From: Candidatus Fimadaptatus sp.
Lineage (GTDB): Bacteria; Bacillota; Clostridia; Christensenellales; Aristaeellaceae
Direction of reading: 5' to 3'
Assembly (NCBI GenBank): GCA_963928645.1
Contig: CAWVGT010000109.1
Span: 1 to 57,762, forward strand
DNA length: 57,762 bases
Shown: positions 18,247 through 26,066 of the stretch, one piece after another
Layout: each line of letters starts with the position of its first letter
Numbering within the stretch: the first letter of the stretch is position 1
Made by a program: the position numbers and the translations under genes
Notes under the pieces: generated by a model
The model's database searches: none
What the model was told of the DNA's origin: nothing
Seen by the model: the letters and a program-made list of their open reading frames with translations, nothing else

Positions 18247-18693
18247 GTGAAACTGCTGATAATAAACGGCCCGAATATAAACATGCTGGGCATACGCGAG
18301 CCGGACATATACGGCCGCGAGACGTACCGGGGGCTGTGCGAGTATATCGCGAACCATGCCCAGGCGCTGGGCGCGGACATAGAGCTGTTCCAGTCCAACA
18401 GCGAGGGCGAGCTGGTGACCGCCATACAGAAGGCGTATGGCCATGTTGACGGCATAGTGATAAACCCGGCCGCGTATACCCACACCAGCGTAGCGATACT
18501 CGACGCGCTCAAGGCTGTGGCTATACCCGCAGTCGAGGTGCACCTGAGCGATATCAATCAGCGCGAGGAGTTCAGGCACATATCGTACGCGGGCATGGCG
18601 TGCGAGGCGCATTATGTGGGCCTGGGGTTCGAGGGCTATGCGCACGCCATGGAGTATCTCGTGAACAAGTACGGCGGCAAAACCGGGGCGTAG
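18247..18693 (+). CDS. aroQ: Type II 3-dehydroquinate dehydratase
   Basis: 148 aa with a GTG start. Motifs LLIINGPNINMLGIREPDIYG, GIVINPAAYTHTSVAI and EVHLSDI are present. Confidence 0.93.
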   Translation: MKLLIINGPNINMLGIREPDIYGRETYRGLCEYIANHAQALGADIELFQSNSEGELVTAIQKAYGHVDGIVINPAAYTHTSVAILDALKAVAIPAVEVHLSDINQREEFRHISYAGMACEAHYVGLGFEGYAHAMEYLVNKYGGKTGA

Positions 18694-19335
18694 CGCGAAA
18701 AATGGCGTGGCACCGGGGCTGCAAGGCGGGTGAGTCGATACATTCTGCACGGCCGGGCGGACGCTTGAGGCGGGTCTGCCTGGCGGTATATCGCAGCGCC
18801 GGGCCGTATGTGGGTTTGCGGCCGACAGGGCTTAATGGCACATTTGGGCGTCGCGTTTACAGCGCGGCGCTTTTGCATGCAGTTAAATGGTGCGCGGCTT
18901 TGATGGCAGCACGGACGGCGCTATCGGATGTGATTTGGCAAATCGGATGGCGGCACATATCGCGGATAATGCCAGCCAGGGCGCTCCGACAGGATGCCTG
19001 TACGGCGGCTAAACCGGGGCCGTGGCGCGACAAAATGGCGCGGCACCGGGGCTGCAGGTGGGTGGGCCGATACATTCTGCGCAGCCGGGCGGACGCTTGA
19101 GGCTGGCCAGCCTGCGGCATATCGCAGCGCCGGGCCGGATGCGGGTTTGCGGCCGGTCGGACTTAAGGCACATTTGGGCGACGCGTTTACAGCGCGGCGC
19201 TTTTGCATGCAGCTAAATGGCGCGCGGCTTTGATGGCAGCACGGGCGGCGCTGTCGGATGTGATTTGGCAAATCGGATGGCGGCACACATCGCGAATTAT
19301 GCCTGCCAGCGCACTCCGGCGGGACGTCTGTGCAC
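18671..19335. repeat. Tandem duplication of about 331-333 bp (2 copies, roughly 85-90 percent identical by eye) starting inside the aroQ 3' end
   Basis: ACGGCGGCAAAACCGGGG (18671) matches ACGGCGGCTAAACCGGGG (19002). AATGGCGTGGCACCGGGGCTGCA (18701) matches AATGGCGCGGCACCGGGGCTGCA (19034). Long blocks such as CGCGTTTACAGCGCGGCGCTTTTGCATGCAG and TCGGATGTGATTTGGCAAATCGGATGGCGGCACA are shared by both copies. No credible ORF is present. Confidence 0.9.
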
Positions 19336-19703
19336 GGCTTGCAGCCGAAGCGTCGCTTTGCTTGCGGCAATGCGCATGGCTAATGCGGGGCTTGCCGTAT
19401 GCGTTTTGCCTGGCTTGTGTCGACTGACATGAACGCTTGCCGGGAGAGCTATGGACCAGCGCGGTAAAACGCGCGCTGAAGTCGAGTGTACAGCGCACCA
19501 TGCGGCTGCACTGCGAGCCATATCGACAGGGCATATAGGCGAATATGGCCGCCGCACGCTCAAACTGCGCAGAGTGAGAATATTCCAAACGCAGTGCCAA
19601 AAACACCGAAATCGAGTTATATACCAGCTCGAACGCGCGCGCTATAATAGCCCCATAAAGCGTGCGGGGGCGCACCCCGCCAGCATCACAGCGAGGTGTC
19701 AAT

Positions 19704-20741
19704 ATGAATTCGTTTGAACGGGTTGTCGCCGCCATGAACCATCAGCAAGTGGATCGCGTGCCGGTCTATCCGATACTCTGCGGCGCTACGCGCCGGTTGA
19801 TCGGGGCGAGCTATCCGGTCTGGTCGCAGGACAGCGCGGTCTGCGCCGAGGCGTTTTTGAAGAGTACAGAGGAGTTCGACCTGGACTGCATAGTGACGCT
19901 GATCGACCTGTCGGTCGAGTGCGACGCGTGGGGCCAGAAGATAATCTACCCCGAAAACGAGGCCGCGCATCCGGATTACTCGCAGTCGGTCGTCAGCTGC
20001 ATAGAGGACTATGCCAAGATAAAGAAGGTCGATTATCGAAACAGCAAGCGCATGATGATGCACATAGACGTGGTGCGCCGCCTGGCCGCGGCCAAGAAGG
20101 GCCAGCTGCCGATAATCGCGTTCGTGTTCGGCCCGCTGGGCACGCTGTCGATGCTGCGCAGCCAGCAGGAGATGTACATGGATCTGTACGACGACATAGA
20201 CGCGGTGAAGGGCGCGACCAACGAGATAACCGAGACGCTGATAGAATACGTAGGCGCGCTGTGCGACGCGGGCGCGGATGCGATCATGTTCGACACGCTG
20301 TTCGCTTCGGGCTCGATAATGTCCAAGAAGATGTGGGTCGAGACCGAGGCCGAGCCCATGCGCCGGCTGGCCGACGAGGTGCGCGCGCACGGCGCGCTGC
20401 CCATGGTGCACAACTGCGGCCAGAAGATATACTTCGACGCGCAGATAGAGGCGATGCACCCCGCGGCGATATCGTTCCTGTATCCGCCGGACGACTGCGA
20501 GAGCTTTGCCGACTGCAAGCGCAAGTATGGCGACAAGACGATGCTGGTGGGCTGCGTGACGCCGGCCAACGCGGTCATAGGCAGCGACGAGGATTGGGAC
20601 AAACAGTGCCGCGACCAGATAGACGCCATGGCGGCGGGCGGCGGCTTCATGCTGGCGACCGGCTGCGAGTATCCGGCGAACGCGCCGTTTGAGCGGGCGT
20701 ACCGCATGATAGAGATCGCCAAGACCTATGGCAAGTACTAA
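19704..20741 (+). CDS. URO-D family protein, MtaA/CmuA-like (methylcobamide-type) methyltransferase
   Basis: Start trimmed to ATG 19704 (MNSFERVVAAMNHQQVDRVPVYPIL...). The length and pattern (DAIMFDTLFASGSIMS, VHNCGQ, ATGCEYPANAP) fit the URO-D fold family. Confidence 0.8.
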   Translation: MNSFERVVAAMNHQQVDRVPVYPILCGATRRLIGASYPVWSQDSAVCAEAFLKSTEEFDLDCIVTLIDLSVECDAWGQKIIYPENEAAHPDYSQSVVSCIEDYAKIKKVDYRNSKRMMMHIDVVRRLAAAKKGQLPIIAFVFGPLGTLSMLRSQQEMYMDLYDDIDAVKGATNEITETLIEYVGALCDAGADAIMFDTLFASGSIMSKKMWVETEAEPMRRLADEVRAHGALPMVHNCGQKIYFDAQIEAMHPAAISFLYPPDDCESFADCKRKYGDKTMLVGCVTPANAVIGSDEDWDKQCRDQIDAMAAGGGFMLATGCEYPANAPFERAYRMIEIAKTYGKY

Positions 20742-21633
20742 GATTGACCTGATAACCGGCTTTCTGGGCGCAGGCAAGACCACGCTGATACGCCGCTACG
20801 TCGCGCTGCTGCGCGCGGGCGGCGTAGCCTGCTCGGTGATAGAGAACGAGTTTGGCGCGGCGGGCGTGGACGCTGCGGTGCTGGAGCGGGACGGCGTGCG
20901 CGTGCGCGAGCTGTCGGGCGGATGCGTGTGCTGCACGCAGAAGCTGAACTTCCACGACGCGATGCGCGAGCTGGCGCACAGCTGTCAGCGCGTCATCGTC
21001 GAGCCCTCGGGCATATTCCGCGCCGACGACTTCATCGACATGCTGGGCAGCCCCACGCTGGCGAACCGGGTCGAGCTTGGGCTGCTGCTGTGCGTGGTCG
21101 AGCCCGAGCTGCCCGAGCGCGGTTCGCCCGCCGAGCAGGTGCTGCGCGACGAGCTGGCGTTTGCGGGCAGCGCGTTCATCAGCCGCGCCGACGCGGCGCC
21201 GCGCGGGGCGGTGGAGCGGACGCGGGACAGGCTGACTGAGCTGGGCATGGCGCCGGAGCGGATATTTGCGCAACCTGTGGACAGCCTGACGCTGAGCGAC
21301 TTTGAGCGCATGAGCGGGGGCGTGCCCGAGCGGCGCCGGTTCGCGCCGACGGACGTGGCGCATGCGACTGCGTTTCAGAGCACCACGCTGCGGCCCGGGC
21401 GCGAGTTCACGCGCGGCGAGGCGGAGGCGGCGCTGCATCGATTGGGGGATGGCGCCTGCGGACGCGTGCTGCGCGCGAAGGGGCAGCTGCACGGCGAGCA
21501 GGGCGCGGGCCTGGCAGTGAATATGACGCCGTATGCCGTGAGCGTGGAGCGCTGCGCTGGCGGCGAGGCGTATCTGAACGTGATAGGCGAGCAGCTTAAC
21601 CGGCGCAACATATACGCATTGTTTTCCGATTAA
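20728..21633 (+). CDS. CobW/COG0523 (G3E family) P-loop GTPase metallochaperone
   Basis: 301 aa with the Walker A motif GFLGAGKTTL and the GCVCC (CxCC) metal-binding motif. The start overlaps the preceding gene by 14 nt. Confidence 0.88.
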   Translation: MASTKIDLITGFLGAGKTTLIRRYVALLRAGGVACSVIENEFGAAGVDAAVLERDGVRVRELSGGCVCCTQKLNFHDAMRELAHSCQRVIVEPSGIFRADDFIDMLGSPTLANRVELGLLLCVVEPELPERGSPAEQVLRDELAFAGSAFISRADAAPRGAVERTRDRLTELGMAPERIFAQPVDSLTLSDFERMSGGVPERRRFAPTDVAHATAFQSTTLRPGREFTRGEAEAALHRLGDGACGRVLRAKGQLHGEQGAGLAVNMTPYAVSVERCAGGEAYLNVIGEQLNRRNIYALFSD

Positions 21634-21653
21634 ATAATGGATTGTTCTAACAG

Positions 21654-21709
21654 ATCGCGCTCTATACCGCCTGTTGGCGGCAGGGTAGGGCGCGATTGTT
21701 TTTGCTTTT
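21654..21709 (+). terminator. Intrinsic terminator after the CobW-like gene
   Basis: ATCGCGC (21654-21660) pairs with GCGCGAT (21690-21696). There is an inner CCGCC/GGCGG helix, and the stem is followed by TGTTTTTGCTTTTG. Confidence 0.6.
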
Positions 21710-22005
21710 GAACGCAGCAAACGCATACAGACAGTTGATCTATAATTGAACAATGTACAAAAAGTATGGAAAGAAATTGCAGTAATCTAACTGGTTTAGA
21801 TAGAGAAGTGGCGGATTCAGGCGATAAAGTTATCGATAGGCGGCGATAGTGGCACGACCAAAGAACCTGCACACACAATCAGCATGAAGCTGCAGAACCC
21901 GCATGAACTGTTCAATCACAAAATTGACCTGAGTACAATTTAAAACACGTCCTGTGAACACGAGTCCCATATACAATCAAACGATAATTGACCACAGTCT
22001 AAAAT

Positions 22006-23151
22006 CTACCTTCTCCCCAGATCCCCACGCTCAGCCCGCCTGAACGCGCCCGGGGTGACGCCCCGTGCCTTGCGGAACGCGCGAGTAAAGTAACTCTGAT
22101 CCTCAAACCCGCAGGCGGCCGCGATATCGCACAGCGGCGCGTCCGACTCGCGCAACAGCTCGCACGCGCGTTCGAGCCGCAGCCTGAGTATGTACTCGAA
22201 CAGCCCTTCGCCTGTCTGCTGATGGAACATGCTGCTCACATACGAGCGGCTCAGGTGCACATGCGCGGCCACGTCGTCGAGCGATATCTTGTCGGCCAGA
22301 TGCTCGCGCACATAGCGCCGCGCCTTGAACAGCGCGTCGGCGTTCACCGCGGGCGTGAAGTTGAACGCGTAGCAGATAAAACCGCGCGTGAGTTCGCCCA
22401 GCCAGACGTTGAGCGAGTCGATGTCGTCAAAGCGCGCTATCTCGCGCGCGTACTCGTCGGGCGCGCGGAAGAACCCCGGCGCGCCGCAGCGCGAGAACAT
22501 GTCAATCAGCCGGAGCGCCCGCGCGCGCAGCGTGTTCACATCCAGATCGCCCGAAAAGTACATGTCGCCCAGTATCTCGTTCATCAGCCGCTGCGCGCCT
22601 ATGCGGTCGCCCTGGGCCACGGCGCGCCGCAGCCGGGTTGCGAATGCCTGGGCGCGGCCGTCGGGTGCGTCGGCACCGCGCGCGCCGGCGGGGGGCTGGG
22701 GCCTGGGCGCGCGCAGGCATATGTCGGCCGCGCATGCGTCGGCGACTCGGCAGTAGCCGCTCAGCCGCGCCGCGGTGTACAGCGGCAGGCTCGCGGCCAG
22801 TTCGGCGGCGTGACAGACCTCGCTGAGCGCGTCCTCGCGGCGCTGTCCCAGCAGCATCGGCCCGGCCATCAGGCAGCCGCGCAGCGCGTCGCGCTCATAC
22901 AGCGCCGTCGTCGCAAACGCCAGCCCGGCCTCGCAAAAGTACACATACGTGCCGCCCCAGCGCAGCGATTCGCGCCCGCCGTACTCGCAAGCGCGCACCG
23001 CGTCGCACAGCCCGCAGCCCGCGCAGTACTTGGGCGCGCGCCCCGGGGCGAATGCGCCGCGCGCCGCATCCATCACGGCTATGTCCAGCTCCGAGAGCGC
23101 GCCCAGCTGCGCCGACATGTCCAGCGCGCGCGCCTCCATTTCGCGCAGCAT
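22006..23151 (-). CDS. AraC-family transcriptional regulator with an N-terminal Cys-containing sensor domain (PocR-like)
   Basis: 381 aa with an AAGGAGGTGA RBS. The C-terminal double HTH is ISLDDVAAHVHLSRSYVSSMFHQQTG...IAAACGFEDQSYFTRAFRKARGVTPGAFR. The PocR-like call for the N-terminal region (CAGCGLCD ... YFCEAGL) is tentative. Confidence 0.8.
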   Translation of the reverse strand: MLREMEARALDMSAQLGALSELDIAVMDAARGAFAPGRAPKYCAGCGLCDAVRACEYGGRESLRWGGTYVYFCEAGLAFATTALYERDALRGCLMAGPMLLGQRREDALSEVCHAAELAASLPLYTAARLSGYCRVADACAADICLRAPRPQPPAGARGADAPDGRAQAFATRLRRAVAQGDRIGAQRLMNEILGDMYFSGDLDVNTLRARALRLIDMFSRCGAPGFFRAPDEYAREIARFDDIDSLNVWLGELTRGFICYAFNFTPAVNADALFKARRYVREHLADKISLDDVAAHVHLSRSYVSSMFHQQTGEGLFEYILRLRLERACELLRESDAPLCDIAAACGFEDQSYFTRAFRKARGVTPGAFRRAERGDLGRR

Positions 23152-23174
23152 GCGCTCACCTCCTTCGCCGCGGC

Positions 23175-23825
23175 TCAGCCCTGTGGGCCCGCATGCGCAT
23201 ACAGCCAGTCAATGCCGCGCGCCATGCGCCCCGGCGCGTCGACAAAGTGATTGCCCGGGTTCCATTCGAAAGCGACGTCGAGCCCGCGCTGCGCCAGCAG
23301 CTCCCGCGCGCGCAGCGTGCATTCGCCAACGCGCGCCAGCCGCTTACTGCGCGCGCGCGGCTCGGCGCTGCCCAGCGACAGGTAGACCGCGCGTACCCGG
23401 GGCGGATGCGCCGCGAGGTACTCGTCGAAGCCGTCGTACCACAGCGAGCCCGATATCGAGCCCACGCCCTGGAACCAGTCGACCTGTGCGGCTGCCCACA
23501 GCGCGCACAGCCCGGCCAGCGAGTAGCCCGCCAGCAGCGTGCGCGCCGGCGCGCCGCCCAGCTCCGCCCCGGCCTGCTCGCGCCACGCGGGCAGCTGGGC
23601 CGCGATGCGCGCGAGCGTGTCCGACGCGCTGCCTGCAAACGGCTGGTCGGGGCGCAACCCGGGCGCGGGCCAGGGTGAGAGCGCCGCGTTCCAGTCGTCA
23701 ACGTCCAGCGCCGCCAGCGCAACCGGCGCGCTCAGCCGTGCGCGCACCGCCTCAAGCGTCGCCGGGTCGGCGCCGATCAGGATCGCAAGTGCGCCGCCGC
23801 GCGCCCTCGATTCATTGCCGCTCAT
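23175..23825 (-). CDS. Alpha/beta-hydrolase (esterase family)
   Basis: 216 aa with a GGAGG RBS and the nucleophile elbow GYSLAG. Distal acidic and His candidates are present (LSLGSAE, NPGNHF). Confidence 0.7.
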   Translation of the reverse strand: MSGNESRARGGALAILIGADPATLEAVRARLSAPVALAALDVDDWNAALSPWPAPGLRPDQPFAGSASDTLARIAAQLPAWREQAGAELGGAPARTLLAGYSLAGLCALWAAAQVDWFQGVGSISGSLWYDGFDEYLAAHPPRVRAVYLSLGSAEPRARSKRLARVGECTLRARELLAQRGLDVAFEWNPGNHFVDAPGRMARGIDWLYAHAGPQG

Positions 23826-23856
23826 GTCGCCTGCCTCCGCCTGCGCTGGGCGCGAC

Positions 23857-24774
23857 TCACGGCAGCTCCTTGCCGGTCGCGCGGTACAGCTTGTACCAGT
23901 CCTCGCGCGACAGCGTTATGTCGCCGGCGCGACTCAGCGCGCGCACGCGTTCGGGCCGGGTCGTGCCCACTATCGGCTGCATGGGCTGCGGCAGCCGCGT
24001 CAGCCACGCCAGCGCGATCGCGGCCGGGGCGGCGTCGTAGCGCTGGGCGAGCTCGCCGAGGCACTGGTTTAGCTCCGGGAAGTCAGGGCTGTCCACGAAG
24101 TTGCCCTCAAAGAAGCCGTACATCAGCGGCGACCAGCACTGCACCGTGACATCGTGTTCAGCGCAGAAGTCGAGCGTGCCGCCGTCGCGGTCTATGCCAG
24201 CGTCGTTGTGCATGTTGGAGTTGAGCGAGGCGTCGACCATCGGGCAGTGCATCACGCTCAGTTGCAGCTGATTTACGCTCAGCGGGCGGTCGAGCGCGCG
24301 CATCAGCCGGCGCATGCGCGAGGGGTTCTGGTTGCTCACGCCGAAGCCGGCCACCTTGCCGGCGCGATACAGCTCGTCAAACGCCGCGGCGACCTCGTCG
24401 GGCTCCATCAGCGCGTCGGGGCGATGCAGCAACAGCATGTCCAGCCGCTCAATGCCCAGGCGCTTGAGCGAGCCCTCGACCGAGCGTATGATGTGCTCGC
24501 GCGAGAAGTCGAACATGCCCGGGCGTATGCCGCACTTGGACTGTATGACCATGCCGTCGCGCAGCCCGGGCCGCGCGGCCAGCACGCGCCCGAACACCGC
24601 CTCTGACTCGCCGCCGCCGTATATGTCGGCGTGGTCGAACAGGTTGATGCCGCTGGCAAGCGCGGCGTCTATCAGCGCGCTGACCTCGGACTCGCCGAGC
24701 TTGGATATGCGCATGCAGCCCAGTCCGATCTCGGAGGTCTGGGGCGCGTCGGGTTGCCATTTGATGTATCTCAT
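23857..24774 (-). CDS. Aldo/keto reductase
   Basis: Start trimmed to ATG 24772-24774 (MRYIKWQPDAPQTSEIGLGCMRI...) behind GGAGGG. It has DHADIYGGGESE, LLLHRPD and SPL motifs. Confidence 0.88.
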   Translation of the reverse strand: MRYIKWQPDAPQTSEIGLGCMRISKLGESEVSALIDAALASGINLFDHADIYGGGESEAVFGRVLAARPGLRDGMVIQSKCGIRPGMFDFSREHIIRSVEGSLKRLGIERLDMLLLHRPDALMEPDEVAAAFDELYRAGKVAGFGVSNQNPSRMRRLMRALDRPLSVNQLQLSVMHCPMVDASLNSNMHNDAGIDRDGGTLDFCAEHDVTVQCWSPLMYGFFEGNFVDSPDFPELNQCLGELAQRYDAAPAAIALAWLTRLPQPMQPIVGTTRPERVRALSRAGDITLSREDWYKLYRATGKELP

Positions 24775-24886
24775 GCTTGCCCTCCTGCCTGCGCCGCGCG
24801 TGGAGGCCGCGCCGCGCATCGTTTTCTATACAATAGCAAAAGCCCGCCGCCCTGTCAAGCGCGCTGCGCAAATGCGCGCGGCGATT

Positions 24887-24916
24887 GAATAACCTGCGCC
24901 GGCGCAGGCAAAGCTA
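24887..24916 (+). promoter_or_regulatory. Candidate forespore (sigma-F/sigma-G type) promoter of sigG
   Basis: GAATA (24887-24891), 15-nt spacer, GGCAAAGCTA (24907-24916). This compares with my recollection of the sigma-F consensus, GCATR-15-GGnRAYAMTW, matching 8 of 10 positions at -10. The spacer is the perfect palindrome CTGCGCCGGCGCAG. Confidence 0.35.
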
Positions 24917-24945
24917 ATATCACAACAAACGCCGGGGGTAATCGC

Positions 24946-25746
24946 ATGGCAGGTTATAAGGTTGAGATCTGCGGCGTGGATACATCCTCGCTGCCCGTAC
25001 TGAAGAATGAGCGCATGCGCGAGCTGTTTCCGCGCGTGCACGCGGGCGATGCGGCGGCGCGCAGCGAGCTGATATCGGGCAATCTGCGGCTGGTGCTCAG
25101 CGTGATAGCCCGGTTTACGCGCTCAGGCGCGTATGCCGGCCGGGGCCGGGGCGCGCCGAACGCCGACGACCTGTTCCAGGTGGGCTGCATAGGGCTGATA
25201 AAGGCGATAGACAACTTTGATACCGACAAGGACGTGCGCTTTTCGACTTACGCCGTGCCCATGATAATCGGCGAGATACGCCGCTATCTGCGCGACAACA
25301 ACCCGATACGCGTGTCGCGCTCGCTCAGGGACGTGGCATACAAGGCCATGCAGGCGCAGGGCGAGCTTCAGGGCAGGCTGGGCCGCGAGCCCACGCTTGC
25401 CGAGATAGCCCAAGCCATGGGCGTGGACGCGGACATGGTCTACCTCGCGCTGGAGTCGACCTACGAGCCGGTGTCGCTCTACGATCCGGTCTATCAGGAC
25501 GGCGGCGACGCGATCTGCGTGATCGATCAGGTGCGCGACGAGGGCGTGTCGACCGACAACTGGGCCACGCATCTGGCGCTCAAGAGCGCGATAGACCACC
25601 TGGGCGAGCGCGAGCGCGGCATAGTGCTCAAGCGCTTCTTTGCGGGCAAGACACAGATGGAGGTCGCGCGCGAGATCGGCATATCGCAGGCGCAGGTATC
25701 CCGGCTGGAGAAGGCCGCGCTCAAGGAGATGCGCCGCTACGTGTAA
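24946..25746 (+). CDS. sigG: Sporulation sigma factor sigma-G
   Basis: 266 aa. It is near-colinear with B. subtilis SigG as I recall it: KVEICGVDTSSLPVLKNERMRELF, NLRLVLSVI, DDLFQVGCIGLIKAIDNFD, FSTYAVPMIIGEIRRYLRDNNPIRVSRSLRD, GKTQMEVAREIGISQAQVSRLEKAA. It carries an extra insertion of about 9 aa (AGRGRGAPN) before DDLFQ. Confidence 0.9.
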   Translation: MAGYKVEICGVDTSSLPVLKNERMRELFPRVHAGDAAARSELISGNLRLVLSVIARFTRSGAYAGRGRGAPNADDLFQVGCIGLIKAIDNFDTDKDVRFSTYAVPMIIGEIRRYLRDNNPIRVSRSLRDVAYKAMQAQGELQGRLGREPTLAEIAQAMGVDADMVYLALESTYEPVSLYDPVYQDGGDAICVIDQVRDEGVSTDNWATHLALKSAIDHLGERERGIVLKRFFAGKTQMEVAREIGISQAQVSRLEKAALKEMRRYV

Positions 25747-25802
25747 ATGTGGCCAGGCAACATTGGCGCCGCGTCGGCATATGCTGTGCTGGGGTGGTGC
25801 GC

Positions 25803-26066
25803 GTGACCTTTTCGGAATTGAGGCTCAAGGAAGTGATAAACGTAAGTGACGGCGCGCGACTGGGGCGCGTGATAGACATAGTGTTCGAGCGCGACGCCGC
25901 CTGCGTCGAGTCGATCGTGGTGCCCGGGCCGCGGTGCTTTGCCGACATGCTAAAGGGCGTGCGCCAGGGATATGAGATACATTGGAGCAGCATAAAGGCA
26001 ATCGGCGCCGACGTGATACTGGTCGACGTCGATCCCGAAAAGCTGTGCGCGGGCGCCGAAACGTAA
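25803..26066 (+). CDS. YlmC/YmxH-family sporulation protein (PRC-barrel)
   Basis: The start is GTG 25803 behind GGGGTGGTG. The protein (V)TFSELRLKEVINVSDGARLGRVIDIVFE... matches the typical family N-terminus. Its position directly after sigG fits a sporulation role. Confidence 0.8.
   Translation: MTFSELRLKEVINVSDGARLGRVIDIVFERDAACVESIVVPGPRCFADMLKGVRQGYEIHWSSIKAIGADVILVDVDPEKLCAGAET

Noticed and set aside
18671-19335. The 333-bp tandem repeat as a diversity-generating retroelement TR/VR pair or a CRISPR-like array.
   Set aside because: Differences between the copies involve all four bases and indels, not adenine-specific substitutions. No reverse transcriptase or target gene is nearby. The units are directly adjacent without unique spacers, and far longer than CRISPR repeats.
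18600-19735. ORFs inside the tandem repeat (for example 18921-19370 minus, 149 aa; 19187-19735 minus, 182 aa; 18600-19100 plus, 166 aa).
   Set aside because: Their translations are repeat-derived Arg/Ala/Pro-rich strings. They lack RBSs, overlap one another in several frames, and show none of the ATA/GC3 codon signature of the real genes.
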